From an uncultured Candidatus Entotheonella sp. (GTDB lineage Bacteria > Tectomicrobia > Entotheonellia > Entotheonellales > Entotheonellaceae), in the NCBI GenBank assembly GCA_965217185.1, contig OZ244252.1, forward strand, positions 1,664,001 to 1,728,000: a stretch of 64,000 nucleotides of DNA, read 5' to 3'. Of this stretch, positions 10,009-20,400 are shown one piece after another. The translations under genes and the position numbers were made by a program. The notes below the pieces were generated by a model. It was not told where the DNA came from and made no database searches. It saw nothing but the letters and a program-made list of their open reading frames with translations. How positions within the stretch are numbered: position 1 is the first letter of the stretch; the number at the start of each line of letters is the position of its first letter.

Positions 10009-11421
10009 ATGTTGGATTATCTCATTCGCGGCGGCCAAGTGGTGACCCCCGGCGGCGTGGGGCAATGGGACATCGGCATTCGCGGCGAGAAAATCGTCGC
10101 GCTCGCCGAAGCCGGTAGCCTGACCGACGAGATCGGACGGATCATCGACGCCAGCGGCAAAGTCGTCGTGCCCGGCGGCATCGAACCGCACGCCCACGTG
10201 GCGGCGCCGATCATGGGGCATCCCGACGCGGAAACCGCCCCGCCGCCGGACGTCAGCCGCGCCGCGGTGTTTGGCGGCACCACGACTCTCGTCGACTTCG
10301 CCATCCAGTTTCCCGGGCGCGACATCTTCGCCGCCATCGACGAACGGAACGGCCGCTGGCAGGGGCAGTCGTACAGCGATTTCACCTATCACTGCATGCT
10401 GCTCGACGCCATCCCTTCCGACGTCATCCTGCAAATCCCGCAGGCCATCGAGGCCGGCTTCCCCACCTTCAAGATATTCACCACCAACATCCGCCCGAAC
10501 GTTCACGACCGCATGGCCCGCCTCGGTCACGTCGTGGCCGTCATGGAAGAAGTGGCGGCGCACAACGGCCTCCTGGTGGTGCACGCGGAGGACGACGACA
10601 TCGTCCAGTTTCTCTACACCCGCCTCAAAGACCAGGGCACTTACGACTGGACGCACATGCACCGCGCCCACACCAACATGTCTGAGGACATCTCCTTCCG
10701 CCGTATCATCCGGGCGGCCGAGTGGACCGGTGCGGCGGTGTATTTTGTGCACGTGAGCGCCAAGGAGGGCGTGCAGGCGATCCGGGAGGCGCGCGCCAAG
10801 GGGCTGCCGGTCTACGGCGAAACCCTGCACAACTACGTGTCGTTCACCGCCGATGACTACCAGAAGACGCACGGCATGCAGTACCACACGTACCCGTCGC
10901 TCAAGTCCGAGGAGGACCGCCAGGCGCTGTGGCACGGCCTGCTGAACGGCGACCTGCACACCATGGCCACCGACGAGTATTGCACCACCTTCGAGCTGAA
11001 AATCGCCGGCGAGCAGATCGACAACGTGACCGGCGGCCACAACGGCGTCGAAACGCGCATGGGCATTACCTACACGGAAGGCGTCGTCAACCGCGGCATG
11101 CCGCTGCAGCAGTACGTCGACATCACCTCGGCAAACGCCGCTCGCCTGCTCGGCCTATACCCGCGCAAGGGCGCCATCGCCCCCGGCAGCGACGCCGACA
11201 TCGTGCTTATTGACCCGACGCTGCACAAAACGCTGAGCATGGCAGACCTGCATATCAGCGACTATAGTATTTGGGAAGGCTGGGAAATCCGCGGCTGGCC
11301 GGTGTGGACCATGCTGCGCGGCCAGGTGATGGTCGAGGATGGCCAGTTGCGCGCCGACCTGGGAACCGGCCAGTTGATCCCACGCCGCATCGACCCGACA
11401 GTGCTGACCCGGCCCATGTAG
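10009..11421 (+). CDS. dihydropyrimidinase/hydantoinase-like amidohydrolase
   Basis: PGGIEPHAH, GGTTT, FK (carbamylated Lys position), VHAE, FVH, ATD and KGAIAPGSDAD motifs; AAGGAG RBS favours ATG 10009. Confidence 0.87.
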   Translation: MLDYLIRGGQVVTPGGVGQWDIGIRGEKIVALAEAGSLTDEIGRIIDASGKVVVPGGIEPHAHVAAPIMGHPDAETAPPPDVSRAAVFGGTTTLVDFAIQFPGRDIFAAIDERNGRWQGQSYSDFTYHCMLLDAIPSDVILQIPQAIEAGFPTFKIFTTNIRPNVHDRMARLGHVVAVMEEVAAHNGLLVVHAEDDDIVQFLYTRLKDQGTYDWTHMHRAHTNMSEDISFRRIIRAAEWTGAAVYFVHVSAKEGVQAIREARAKGLPVYGETLHNYVSFTADDYQKTHGMQYHTYPSLKSEEDRQALWHGLLNGDLHTMATDEYCTTFELKIAGEQIDNVTGGHNGVETRMGITYTEGVVNRGMPLQQYVDITSANAARLLGLYPRKGAIAPGSDADIVLIDPTLHKTLSMADLHISDYSIWEGWEIRGWPVWTMLRGQVMVEDGQLRADLGTGQLIPRRIDPTVLTRPM

Positions 11422-11447
11422 GTCGGATTAGCACAGCGTAATCCGAC
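11418..11447 (+). repeat. GTAG-type REP-like palindrome
   Basis: GTAG followed by the hairpin GTCGGATTA GCACAGCG TAATCCGAC; the TAG is also the upstream stop codon. Confidence 0.7.
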
Positions 11448-11502
11448 TTCTGGTCTCTGTTTCGGTCACCCCGGATACAGCATTGCCAAACGGAACAAAG
11501 AA

Positions 11503-14196
11503 ATGAACAACAACCTGGAATTCGCAGTACGCAACGAAGACATCGAAGCACTCGAAACGCAGGAGTGGCTGGAATCGCTCGATGACGTGCTGAAAAGCGG
11601 TGGTCCGGCGCGCGTCAAAAGCCTTCTGCAGCAGCTTCAGATGCACGCCCAACAAGCCGGCGTCTCGCTTCCCTATTCGGCCACGACGCCGTTCCTCAAT
11701 ACCGTGTCGGTGGAAGACCAAGCGCCATTTCCGGGCAGCCGCGAGATCGAGCGGCGTATCAAAAGTCTGGTGCGCTGGAACGCCATGGCCATGGTGGTGC
11801 GCGCCAATCGCCTCGATCCCGACATCGGCGGCCACATTTCGACCTTCGCCTCGGCGGCGACGCTGTACGAAGTCGCCTTCAACCACTTCATCCGCGGTAA
11901 CGGCGGCGGCCAGCGCGGCGATCAGGTGTATTTCCAGGGGCACGCCTCGCCGGGCATCTACGCGCGCGCCTTTCTGGAAGGGCGGCTGTCGCAGGAACAA
12001 CTCGAAAACTTCCGCAACGAACTCAAACCCGGGGGCGGCTTGGCCTCGTACCCCCACCCGTGGCTGATGCCGGATTTCTGGGAGTTCCCCACCGTTTCCA
12101 TGGGGCTCGGCCCTATCATGGGAATTTACCAGGCGCGCTTCAACTGCTACCTGGAAGACCGGGGCCTGCTGCAGCCCGACCCGCGTGCCAAGGTGTGGGT
12201 CTTCCTGGGCGACGGCGAGACCGACGAGCCCGAAGCCCTCGGCTCGATCAGCCTGGCCTACCGCGCGAAGCTCAACAACCTGATTTTCGTCGTCAATTGC
12301 AACCTTCAGCGTCTCGACGGACCGGTGCGCGGCAATGGCAAGATCATCCAGGAACTCGAAGCGGTGTTCCGCGGCGCCGGCTGGACGGTCATTAAGGTCG
12401 TCTGGGGCAGCGGTTGGGACCCCGTATTCGCCCGCGATTACGATGGCCGGCTGGCCAAACGCCTGGGCGAGATCGTCGACGGGGAGTACCAGAAATTCTC
12501 GGTGTCCGACGGCGCCTACATCCGCGAGCACATCTGCAACGGCGACCCCCACCTGCTGGACCTACTCAGCCATCTTTCCGACGAGCAACTGCGTCGCATG
12601 CGGCGCGGTGGGCACGATCCCGAGAAGGTGTACGCGGCATACAAGGTGGCAATGGAAAACGACGAAGCGCCGACCGTCATTCTGGCGCAGACCATCAAGG
12701 GCTACGGACTCGGCGAAGGCGGTGAGGGGCGTAATATCACCCACAAGCAAAAGCTGCTCAACGAGGACGAATTGCGCGAGTTTCGTGCCCGCTTCGGCAT
12801 TCCCATCTCCGACGACACGCTGGCCGGAGCGCCGTTCTATCGCCCGCCGGTGGAAAGCCCGGAAATTCAGTATCTGCACGAGCATCGCCAGCAGCTCGGC
12901 GGCTACGTGCCGAGCCGTCAGGAGTCCGCCCCGCGCCTGCGCACGCCCCCCGAATCGCTGTTCGAGGAGCTCTACCACGGCACCGGCAACCGGGCGATTT
13001 CGACCACCATGGCATTTGTACGCCTGCTGTCCAAACTGCTGCGCGAGCGCGATATCGGCAAGCTGATCGTGCCCATCGTGCCGGATGAAGCGCGCACCTT
13101 CGGCATGGAATCCCTGTTCCGGCAGTGCGGCATCTACTCGCACATCGGCCAACGCTACGAACCTGTCGACGCCGATAGCCTGCTCTACTACAAGGAGTCC
13201 ACCGACGGCCAACTGCTCGAGGAGGGCATTACCGAAGCCGGCTCCATGGCTTCGTTCATCGCCGCCGGCACGGCCTACGCCACCCACGGCATCAACACGA
13301 TTCCGTTCTTCATCTATTACTCCATGTTCGGCTTCCAGCGCATCGGCGACCTCATTTGGGCGGCGGCCGACATGCGCTGCCGCGGCTTTCTGCTCGGCGC
13401 CACGGCGGGCCGCACCACCCTTGCAGGCGAGGGCTTGCAGCACCAGGACGGCCACAGCCACCTGCTGGCCTATCCCATCCCGAACCTGCTGGCCTATGAC
13501 CCGGCGTTCGCCTACGAGGTCGCGGTCATCATCCGCGACGGCATCCGCCGCATGTACGAGGAACAGGAGAACGTCTTCTATTACCTGACCGTAGAGAACC
13601 AGAATTACCCGATGCCGCCGATGCCCGACGACCCGGCCATCAAGGAGGGCATCCTCAAGGGCATGTACCGCTTCAAAACGGCGGAAAACCCGACGGCCCC
13701 GCTCAAGGCCCAACTCATGGGTAGCGGCGCCATCATGAACGAAGTGCTGGAGGCCCAGCAGTTGCTCGCCGAACGCTATCACGTCGCCGCCGACGTGTGG
13801 AGCGTGACCAGTTACAAGGCGCTGCGCCGGGAGGGGTTGGAGGTCGTCCGCTGGAACATGCTGCATCCGGACGAAACCCCTCGCCAGTCCCATCTCAGCA
13901 AGTGCGTCGCTGACGCGCCGGGGGTGTTCGTAGCCGCTTCGGATTACACCAAAACGCTGCCCGACTCGGTGGCGCGTTGGTTCCCCAGACCCCTCACTGC
14001 CCTGGGAACCGACGGTTTCGGACGCAGTGACGGCCGCAAGGCGCTGCGCCATTTCTTCGAGGTCGACGCGCGCTTCATCGCTTACGCCACCCTGCACGCC
14101 CTGGCGCTCGACGGGCAGCTATCCGTTGAGGCATTGCAGCAAGCCCAGCAGGACCTCGAGATTGACGCCGAGAAGATCAACCCAATGATGGCCTGA
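11503..14196 (+). CDS. aceE: pyruvate dehydrogenase E1, homodimeric type
   Basis: GGHISTFAS, FQGHASPG, GDGETDEPE...NCNLQRLDGPVRGN and GEGLQHQDGHS motifs. Confidence 0.97.
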   Translation: MNNNLEFAVRNEDIEALETQEWLESLDDVLKSGGPARVKSLLQQLQMHAQQAGVSLPYSATTPFLNTVSVEDQAPFPGSREIERRIKSLVRWNAMAMVVRANRLDPDIGGHISTFASAATLYEVAFNHFIRGNGGGQRGDQVYFQGHASPGIYARAFLEGRLSQEQLENFRNELKPGGGLASYPHPWLMPDFWEFPTVSMGLGPIMGIYQARFNCYLEDRGLLQPDPRAKVWVFLGDGETDEPEALGSISLAYRAKLNNLIFVVNCNLQRLDGPVRGNGKIIQELEAVFRGAGWTVIKVVWGSGWDPVFARDYDGRLAKRLGEIVDGEYQKFSVSDGAYIREHICNGDPHLLDLLSHLSDEQLRRMRRGGHDPEKVYAAYKVAMENDEAPTVILAQTIKGYGLGEGGEGRNITHKQKLLNEDELREFRARFGIPISDDTLAGAPFYRPPVESPEIQYLHEHRQQLGGYVPSRQESAPRLRTPPESLFEELYHGTGNRAISTTMAFVRLLSKLLRERDIGKLIVPIVPDEARTFGMESLFRQCGIYSHIGQRYEPVDADSLLYYKESTDGQLLEEGITEAGSMASFIAAGTAYATHGINTIPFFIYYSMFGFQRIGDLIWAAADMRCRGFLLGATAGRTTLAGEGLQHQDGHSHLLAYPIPNLLAYDPAFAYEVAVIIRDGIRRMYEEQENVFYYLTVENQNYPMPPMPDDPAIKEGILKGMYRFKTAENPTAPLKAQLMGSGAIMNEVLEAQQLLAERYHVAADVWSVTSYKALRREGLEVVRWNMLHPDETPRQSHLSKCVADAPGVFVAASDYTKTLPDSVARWFPRPLTALGTDGFGRSDGRKALRHFFEVDARFIAYATLHALALDGQLSVEALQQAQQDLEIDAEKINPMMA

Positions 14197-14260
14197 GCCC
14201 CACCCATCGAACCGTACGCACCGGTAAAACCTGGCCGCAAGGTATTGGAGACAGAACGGT

Positions 14261-15550
14261 ATGGCAACGTTTGCGTTTGCGCTTCCTGAACTCGGCGAGA
14301 GCATCGAGTCGGGGGACGTCGTCCAGGTATTGGTCGCGGTGGGTGACGAGATCACCGCCGAACAGTCGGTGCTGGAACTCGAGACCGACAAGGCAGTGGT
14401 TGAGGTGCCGTCGCCTGTCAGCGGCTCGGTTACGGCGATTCACGTGGCGCCAGGAGACAAAGCGGCGGTCGGGCAGCTGATTGTGACGCTGGAAACGGAT
14501 GGCGCCGCGGCGGCAAATGGTGCTCCCGCTCCAGCCGAACCGCCGGCAGAGGCAGAACCGGAGCCCCCTGCGCCCCCCGTAGCAGCCGAGACGGCCGTTG
14601 CCGCGCCCGCAAGCCCGCCAGCGCCCGAGGCGCGGGAAGCCCGTTCCGGTGCACCGGCAGCACCTTCGGTACGGCGGTTAGCGCGAGAAATCGGCGTTGA
14701 TATCCATAAGGTCCCCGGCTCGGGACCGGGCGGGCGCGTGTCTGCCGATGACGTCAAACGTTACGCTCGAACAACACAACCCGATAAACCCACCGCCGCA
14801 CCGGCCAACGTGCCGGCTGCCGTGACCCTGCCAGACTTCACTCGTTGGGGGGACATCGAGCGACGGCCAATGAACAACGTGCGCCGCCTGACCGCCGACC
14901 AAATGGCGCGCACGTGGGCCACCGTGCCGCAGGTGACGCAATACGATCAGGCTGATATCACCGAGCTTGAGCAGTTGCGGCAGAAATACGCCCCCAAAGC
15001 CGTTGCGGCAGGCGGCAGGCTCACCATCACGGCCATTGTCCTGAAAGTGGTTGCCGCCGCTCTCAAACGGTTTCCGCAGTTCAACGCCAGCGTCGACATG
15101 GCGACCCATGAAGTCATCTACAAACATTACTACCACGTCGGCGTGGCGGTGGACACCGACCGCGGCCTGTTGGTCCCGGTCATCCGCGACGTGGATCACA
15201 AGAACATCCTCACCCTCGGCGTCGAGCTGACACAACTCGCTGAGCGCGCCCGCAGCCGCAAAACCAGCCTGGAGGAAATGCAGGGCGGCACCTTTACCAT
15301 CACCAACCTGGGCGGCATCGGCGGCACGGGCTTCTCGCCCATCCTCAACGCCCCGGAAGTCGCCATTCTCGGCATGGCACGCAGCCGCATCCAGCCCGTG
15401 CACGCAGACGGCCAATTCGTGCCGCGCCTGATGCTGCCGCTTAGCCTGTCGTATGACCACCGACTGATCGACGGCGCCGACGGCGCCCGTTTCCTCCGCT
15501 GGGTGGTGGAAGCCTTGTCGCAACCCTTCCTGCTCAGCCTGGAAGGTTAA
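14261..15550 (+). CDS. aceF: dihydrolipoamide acetyltransferase E2 with a single lipoyl domain
   Basis: ETDKA lipoyl site, PSVRRLARE E3-binding domain, DHRLIDG catalytic motif. Confidence 0.95.
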   Translation: MATFAFALPELGESIESGDVVQVLVAVGDEITAEQSVLELETDKAVVEVPSPVSGSVTAIHVAPGDKAAVGQLIVTLETDGAAAANGAPAPAEPPAEAEPEPPAPPVAAETAVAAPASPPAPEAREARSGAPAAPSVRRLAREIGVDIHKVPGSGPGGRVSADDVKRYARTTQPDKPTAAPANVPAAVTLPDFTRWGDIERRPMNNVRRLTADQMARTWATVPQVTQYDQADITELEQLRQKYAPKAVAAGGRLTITAIVLKVVAAALKRFPQFNASVDMATHEVIYKHYYHVGVAVDTDRGLLVPVIRDVDHKNILTLGVELTQLAERARSRKTSLEEMQGGTFTITNLGGIGGTGFSPILNAPEVAILGMARSRIQPVHADGQFVPRLMLPLSLSYDHRLIDGADGARFLRWVVEALSQPFLLSLEG

Positions 15551-15553
15551 GGC

Positions 15554-16984
15554 ATGGCGATGGCTCCGCGCAGCACGCAAGTCGCGGTCATCGGCGGTGG
15601 TCCCGGCGGTTATGCCGCGGCCTTTCTAGCCGCCGATCTCGGCCTGCAGGTCACGCTCGTCGACGCCGAACCCAATCCCGGCGGCGTCTGCCTCTACCGC
15701 GGCTGCATCCCCTCCAAAGCCTTGCTGCACGTCGCCAAGGTGATCGGCGAGGCACGCCAGGCCAGGGAGTGGGGCGTGACGTTCGGCGACCCGCAAATCA
15801 ACGTCGACGCCCTGCGGACCTGGAAAGAGGGTGTCGTCGGCAAACTCACCGGCGGCCTCGGCGACCTGTGCCGAAGGCGCAAAATTGACTTCGTGCAGGG
15901 CCGCGCCGTCTTCCGCGATGCGAACGCTTTGATTGTTCGCACGGAATCGGGAACCGAGGAGGTGGTCGCGTTTGAGCACGCCATTCTGGCCACCGGCTCC
16001 TTTCCCGCATCTCTCCCAAATCTTGGCGCCGATTCGCCCCGGATCCTTGATTCCACCGCCGGGCTTGCTCTGCCTGACATCCCGGAGAGCCTGCTGGTCA
16101 TCGGCGGGGGTTACATCGGCCTGGAATTGGGTTCGGTGTACGCCGCCCTCGGTAGCCGGGTCTCCGTGGTCGAAATGACCTCGGGCCTGCTCCCCGGTGT
16201 CGACCGCGACCTCGTGCGCGTGCTCAGCCGGCGCCTGAAAGAACGATTCGACGCCGTCATGCTTGAGACAACCGTCACCGCGTTACAGGAAGAATCGCAG
16301 GGTATCCGCGCCAGATTCGAAGGCCACGGTGCCACGGAACCGGAACAAGTTTATGAAAGGGTTCTGGTTGCGGTGGGACGCCGCCCGCAGACCGATGGCC
16401 TGGGACTGGAGAACACCCGTGTTGCCCTGGACGCGCGCGGTTTTGTGCAGGTCGACCCGCAGCGCCGCACCCACGAGCCCACGATCTATGCCATTGGCGA
16501 CATTACCGGCGAGCCCATGCTGGCCCACAAGGCGGCTCACGAGGGCCGCGTCGCTGCCGAAGCCATCACCGGCAAGAAGACGGCGTTCGAGCCGCAAGCC
16601 ATTCCTGCCGTCGTGTTCACCGATCCCGAAATCGCCTGGTGCGGACTCACCGAATCACAGGCCAAACAACAACAGCGTGACGTCACCGTCGCCCGATTTC
16701 CTTGGGCCGCCTCGGGCCGCGCCCTGACCCTGGGTCACAGCGACGGCGTCACCAAACTGGTCATCGACCCCGAAACCCAACGCGTCCTCGGTGTCGGCAT
16801 CGCCGGCAGCGGCGCGGGAGAAATGATCGCCGAAGGCGTGCTGGCGGTGGAAATGGCGGCCTTGGCGTCCGACTTGTCGCTCAGTATTCATCCCCACCCT
16901 ACCCTCTCGGAATCCCTCATGGAAGCGGCTGACGTCTTCTTCGGTCAGAGCACCCACGTCTACCGCCCGCCCAGAGCCAGATAG
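15554..16984 (+). CDS. lpdA: dihydrolipoyl dehydrogenase E3
   Basis: GGGPGG, GGVCLYRGCIPSK, GGGYIG and HPHPTLSE motifs. Confidence 0.97.
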   Translation: MAMAPRSTQVAVIGGGPGGYAAAFLAADLGLQVTLVDAEPNPGGVCLYRGCIPSKALLHVAKVIGEARQAREWGVTFGDPQINVDALRTWKEGVVGKLTGGLGDLCRRRKIDFVQGRAVFRDANALIVRTESGTEEVVAFEHAILATGSFPASLPNLGADSPRILDSTAGLALPDIPESLLVIGGGYIGLELGSVYAALGSRVSVVEMTSGLLPGVDRDLVRVLSRRLKERFDAVMLETTVTALQEESQGIRARFEGHGATEPEQVYERVLVAVGRRPQTDGLGLENTRVALDARGFVQVDPQRRTHEPTIYAIGDITGEPMLAHKAAHEGRVAAEAITGKKTAFEPQAIPAVVFTDPEIAWCGLTESQAKQQQRDVTVARFPWAASGRALTLGHSDGVTKLVIDPETQRVLGVGIAGSGAGEMIAEGVLAVEMAALASDLSLSIHPHPTLSESLMEAADVFFGQSTHVYRPPRAR

Positions 16985-17010
16985 TGTCGGATTTTCATCT
17001 TCGGAGCCGC

Positions 17011-17039
17011 TTGACGCTGCCCGGCGAAATGACTAGAAT
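17011..17039 (+). promoter_or_regulatory. sigma70 promoter of the selenoprotein gene
   Basis: TTGACG-17 nt-TAGAAT. Confidence 0.65.
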
Positions 17040-17090
17040 TCCGCCTTTGCAACCCAACACGGCAACGGATTTTTGCTGAGGAGGTCCAAC

Positions 17091-17321
17091 GTGGACATCT
17101 CTATTGAATACTGCGGTGAATGAAACTATTTGCCCGATGCTGCAAGTTTGCAGAGCGCGATCAAAGACAAATTCGACCACGTAGCCACCCTGATCGAGGG
17201 CAGCGGCGGCGCCTTTGAAGTCCGGGTGGACGGTAAGCTGATTTTTTCCAAGTTCAAGACCTTCCGATTCCCCGAAAACGACGAGATTTTCGACGCCATC
17301 ACCAGCCTGCAATCCGTTTAG
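17091..17321 (+). CDS. SelT/SelW/SelH (Rdx family) selenoprotein, 76 aa, CxxU motif
   Basis: GAGGAGG RBS and GTG start; reads MDISIEYCGE-TGA(17121-17123)-NYLPDAASL...GSGGAFEVRVDGKLIFSK...RFP, the Rdx signature. Confidence 0.9.
17136..17162 (+). promoter_or_regulatory. candidate bacterial SECIS hairpin
   Basis: CTGCA-AGTT-TGCAG upper stem-loop; the G-containing loop begins 21 nt after the UGA. Confidence 0.65.
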
Positions 17322-17343
17322 GCGGCGCGTCGTTTCCGGTTTT

Positions 17344-17373
17344 CCGTCCCCGGCACACCCCACGCCGGGGCGG
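17344..17373 (+). terminator. GC-rich hairpin between the selenoprotein gene and tRNA-Phe
   Basis: CCGTCCCCGGC...GCCGGGGCGG; weak U tract. Confidence 0.4.
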
Positions 17374-17394
17374 TTAGAATGACGCCCATCCCAT

Positions 17395-17467
<73 letters not shown>

Positions 17468-17487
17468 CCTCCACTCGTTCCTGGAAG

Positions 17488-20400
17488 TCAGGTGCGCGCG
17501 CCAGCTTTTCCCTCCTCATAGGTTGCCGCGAAAACAGTCTCGGATAGCCACCTACGGAACGAATCGTTGTCGCTGAACTGCTTGAACAACTCGGTATGGT
17601 CGGCCAGAAGCTCAGTCATGGCCCGTTCCAGGGCTTTGTCATGCTCGATTCGGGCGTTCTGTCGGTCGGAGTTGGCCCTGGCGTTCTGGTACGCCTTGTC
17701 CCCGGCGACTTTCATGGGTAACTCTTCGGCGATCACCTTCTCGATCTTGTCCTGGTCCTTCCACTCGATGTTGCCGAACCGGTCGTTGAAGTCCCTGACG
17801 ATGTTGGACAGCCGGTCCATCTCCGGTTCCGGCTTCTGCCCTCCACCCTCGGTGGGGACCGGCCCGATCTCTGCGTCCTCGTCGGGAAGCTGGATGTCCT
17901 GCACCGCCTGCTTCTCCACCCGGTAGCTGTCCATGTCGATGGCTTCGAGAATCCCCTTCGACAGGTCGTCCTCGATCGGAGCGGGCAGCTTGGGAACCAA
18001 GAAAGTCAGGAAAATGGAAAGTTTCTCCCACTCGGCGCAGGTGTAGGGCAGGATGGTTGCCAGGAACCCGTAGGCGCGGAGGAACGCCTTCGCCTTGCCC
18101 TTGAAGTCAACCTGTCCATCCTCGTCCAGTTGCTCCCGGTAGCCAGAGACGCATCCGTCCAGGATGGGGTCGAGTTGGTCGCGGTCGGCTCCCGAAAGGT
18201 ACCGCTCCACCAGCTCGTCCACCTGAGCCGGTCCGTAGACCTGATAGCCGTCGAGGGCGGCCTTGAGGTCGTGCAGCCTGTCGGGGTCGGTCTCCTCCGC
18301 CAGGACGGTGGTGCGGTAGTAGTCGGCGAAGGCGGCCTGGATCGCATCGGCGTCGTTGGCGAAGTCCAGCACAAAGGCGTCGTGTTTCTTGGGATGCGCC
18401 CGGTTGAGGCGCGATAGCGTCTGAACCGCCTTCACGCCCGACAGCGGCTTGTCCACATACATCGTGTGCAGCAACGGCTCGTCGTAGCCGGTCTGGAACT
18501 TGTCGGCGCAGACCAGAAAGCGGTACGGCTCTTCCTGAATCTTGTCGGCAATCAGGTTGGACGCGAAGCCGTTGAGGGATACCTCCGTGACCTTCGTGCC
18601 ATCGTACTCGTGCTCGCCAGAGAAGGCGGCAATGGCGAGGTAAGGACTCTTGCGCTCCGTCAGGTAGTCCCGGATGGCGTAGTAGTAGCTGATGGCCCGC
18701 TGGATGCTGTTCGTCACCACCATCGCCCGCGCCTTGGCGCCTATTTTCTGCAAGCCAGCAACCTGCTCGTGGAAGTGATCGACCATAATCTCCGCCTTCA
18801 GGCGGATGGCGTGCTCGTGGTCCTCCACGTAGCGGCGCAGCTTCTTTCCGGCCCGCTTGGTATCGAACTCCGGGTCTCCCTCCACCGTCTTGATCAGACG
18901 ATAGTAGCTGTCCACCGGCGTGTAGTGCTCCAGCACGTCGAGGATGAAGCCTTCCTCAATTGCCTGTTTCATGGTGTAGACGTGGAATGGGAGATGCCTG
19001 GTGTTCCCGCCTTCTGGCGACGGGTCGCCGAAGATTTCCAGGGTCTTGTTCTTGGGGGTGGCTGTGAAGGCGAAGTAACTGGCGTTGGGCAGCAACTTCT
19101 TGCTCTCCATCAACCGGTTGATCTTATCCTCAGTGGTCTCCTCCTCGTCTTCCGTACCGGCTTCCCCCAAGGCCATCGACACCGATGCCGAAGTCCGTCC
19201 GCCCTGGCTCGAATGCGCCTCGTCGATGATGATGGCGAACTTGCTCCCGCGGTGCTCGTCGCCGATGGCGTCCAGGATGAACGGGAACTTCTGGACGGTG
19301 GTGATGACGATCCGCTTGCCCTCCTGGAGCAGGGTGCGGAGGCGGCCGGAGGTCTCGGCATGACCCACGACGGAGCCGACCTGGGCGAACTGCCTGATGG
19401 TGTCCCGTATCTGCTTGTCCAGTATCCTGCGGTCCGTCACGACGATGGCGGAATCGAAAAGCGCCTTGCCGTCCTGCTCCAGCCCGATTAGCTGGTGGGC
19501 CAGCCACGCGATGGAGTTGGACTTGCCGCTGCCCGCCGAGTGCTGAATCAGATACCTGGGGCCGACTCCCCTACCGGGTACGTCGCCCAACAGCCTGCGC
19601 ACCACGTCCAACTGGTGGTAGCGCGGCCATATCTGCTCCCGCCTCTTGCGTCCGGTCTTGTCGTCCCTCGTCTCCACGATCTGAGCGTAGTTCTCGATGA
19701 TGTCGGTGAGCCCGTCACGGGTGAGGACCTGCTTCCAGAGGTAGTCGGTCTTGAGGCCGTTGGGGTTCGGCGGATTGCCCTTGCCGTCGTTCCATCCCTG
19801 GTTGAAGGGCAGGAACCACGACGCCTTGCCTTTGAGATGGGTACAGAATTGCACCTCGTGGTCGTCCACGGCGAAGTGGGCCAGGCAGCGGCCCAGCTCG
19901 AAGAGCTTCTCCCGTGGGTTGCGGTCCCGCTTGTACTGCTCGACCGCATCATCCACCGTCTGCTTCGTCAGGCTGTTCTTCAGCTCGAAGGTGGCGACGG
20001 GCAAGCCGTTGATGAACAGGCACAGGTCGAGGGCAAGCTGGGTCTGGTCCTGGCTGTAGTGGAGTTGCCTCGTCACGCTGAAGCGGTTCTGCCCGTACTG
20101 CACCTTGGCCTTCTCGTTCCCCGGCGATGGCGTGCCGTACATCAGGTCCATTTGGTGCGGCCCGTGCTTGACGCCCTTGCGGAGCACGTCAATAGTCCCT
20201 CGCCGGGTGACTTCCCCTTGCAGCCGGGCCAGGAACTTGCGCCGCGTCGGACTGTCCTGGCCGAGGTCCAGCGAGTCGGCGGCAACGGGCTGGGTGGCGT
20301 GGAGGAAGGCGCGAAACTGGGCCAGGTCCACGCAGTACTCCCGGTCATAGTCCCGCGTGTCGCCGCATATCCAGCCGACGCCGTAGCCGGCCGGCCGCTC

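Noticed and set aside
17342..17356. TTCCGTCCCCGGCAC resembles the tRNA-Phe 3' end and could be an att site
   Set aside because: It lies upstream of the tRNA, on the wrong side to bound the island, and is explained as one arm of a local hairpin
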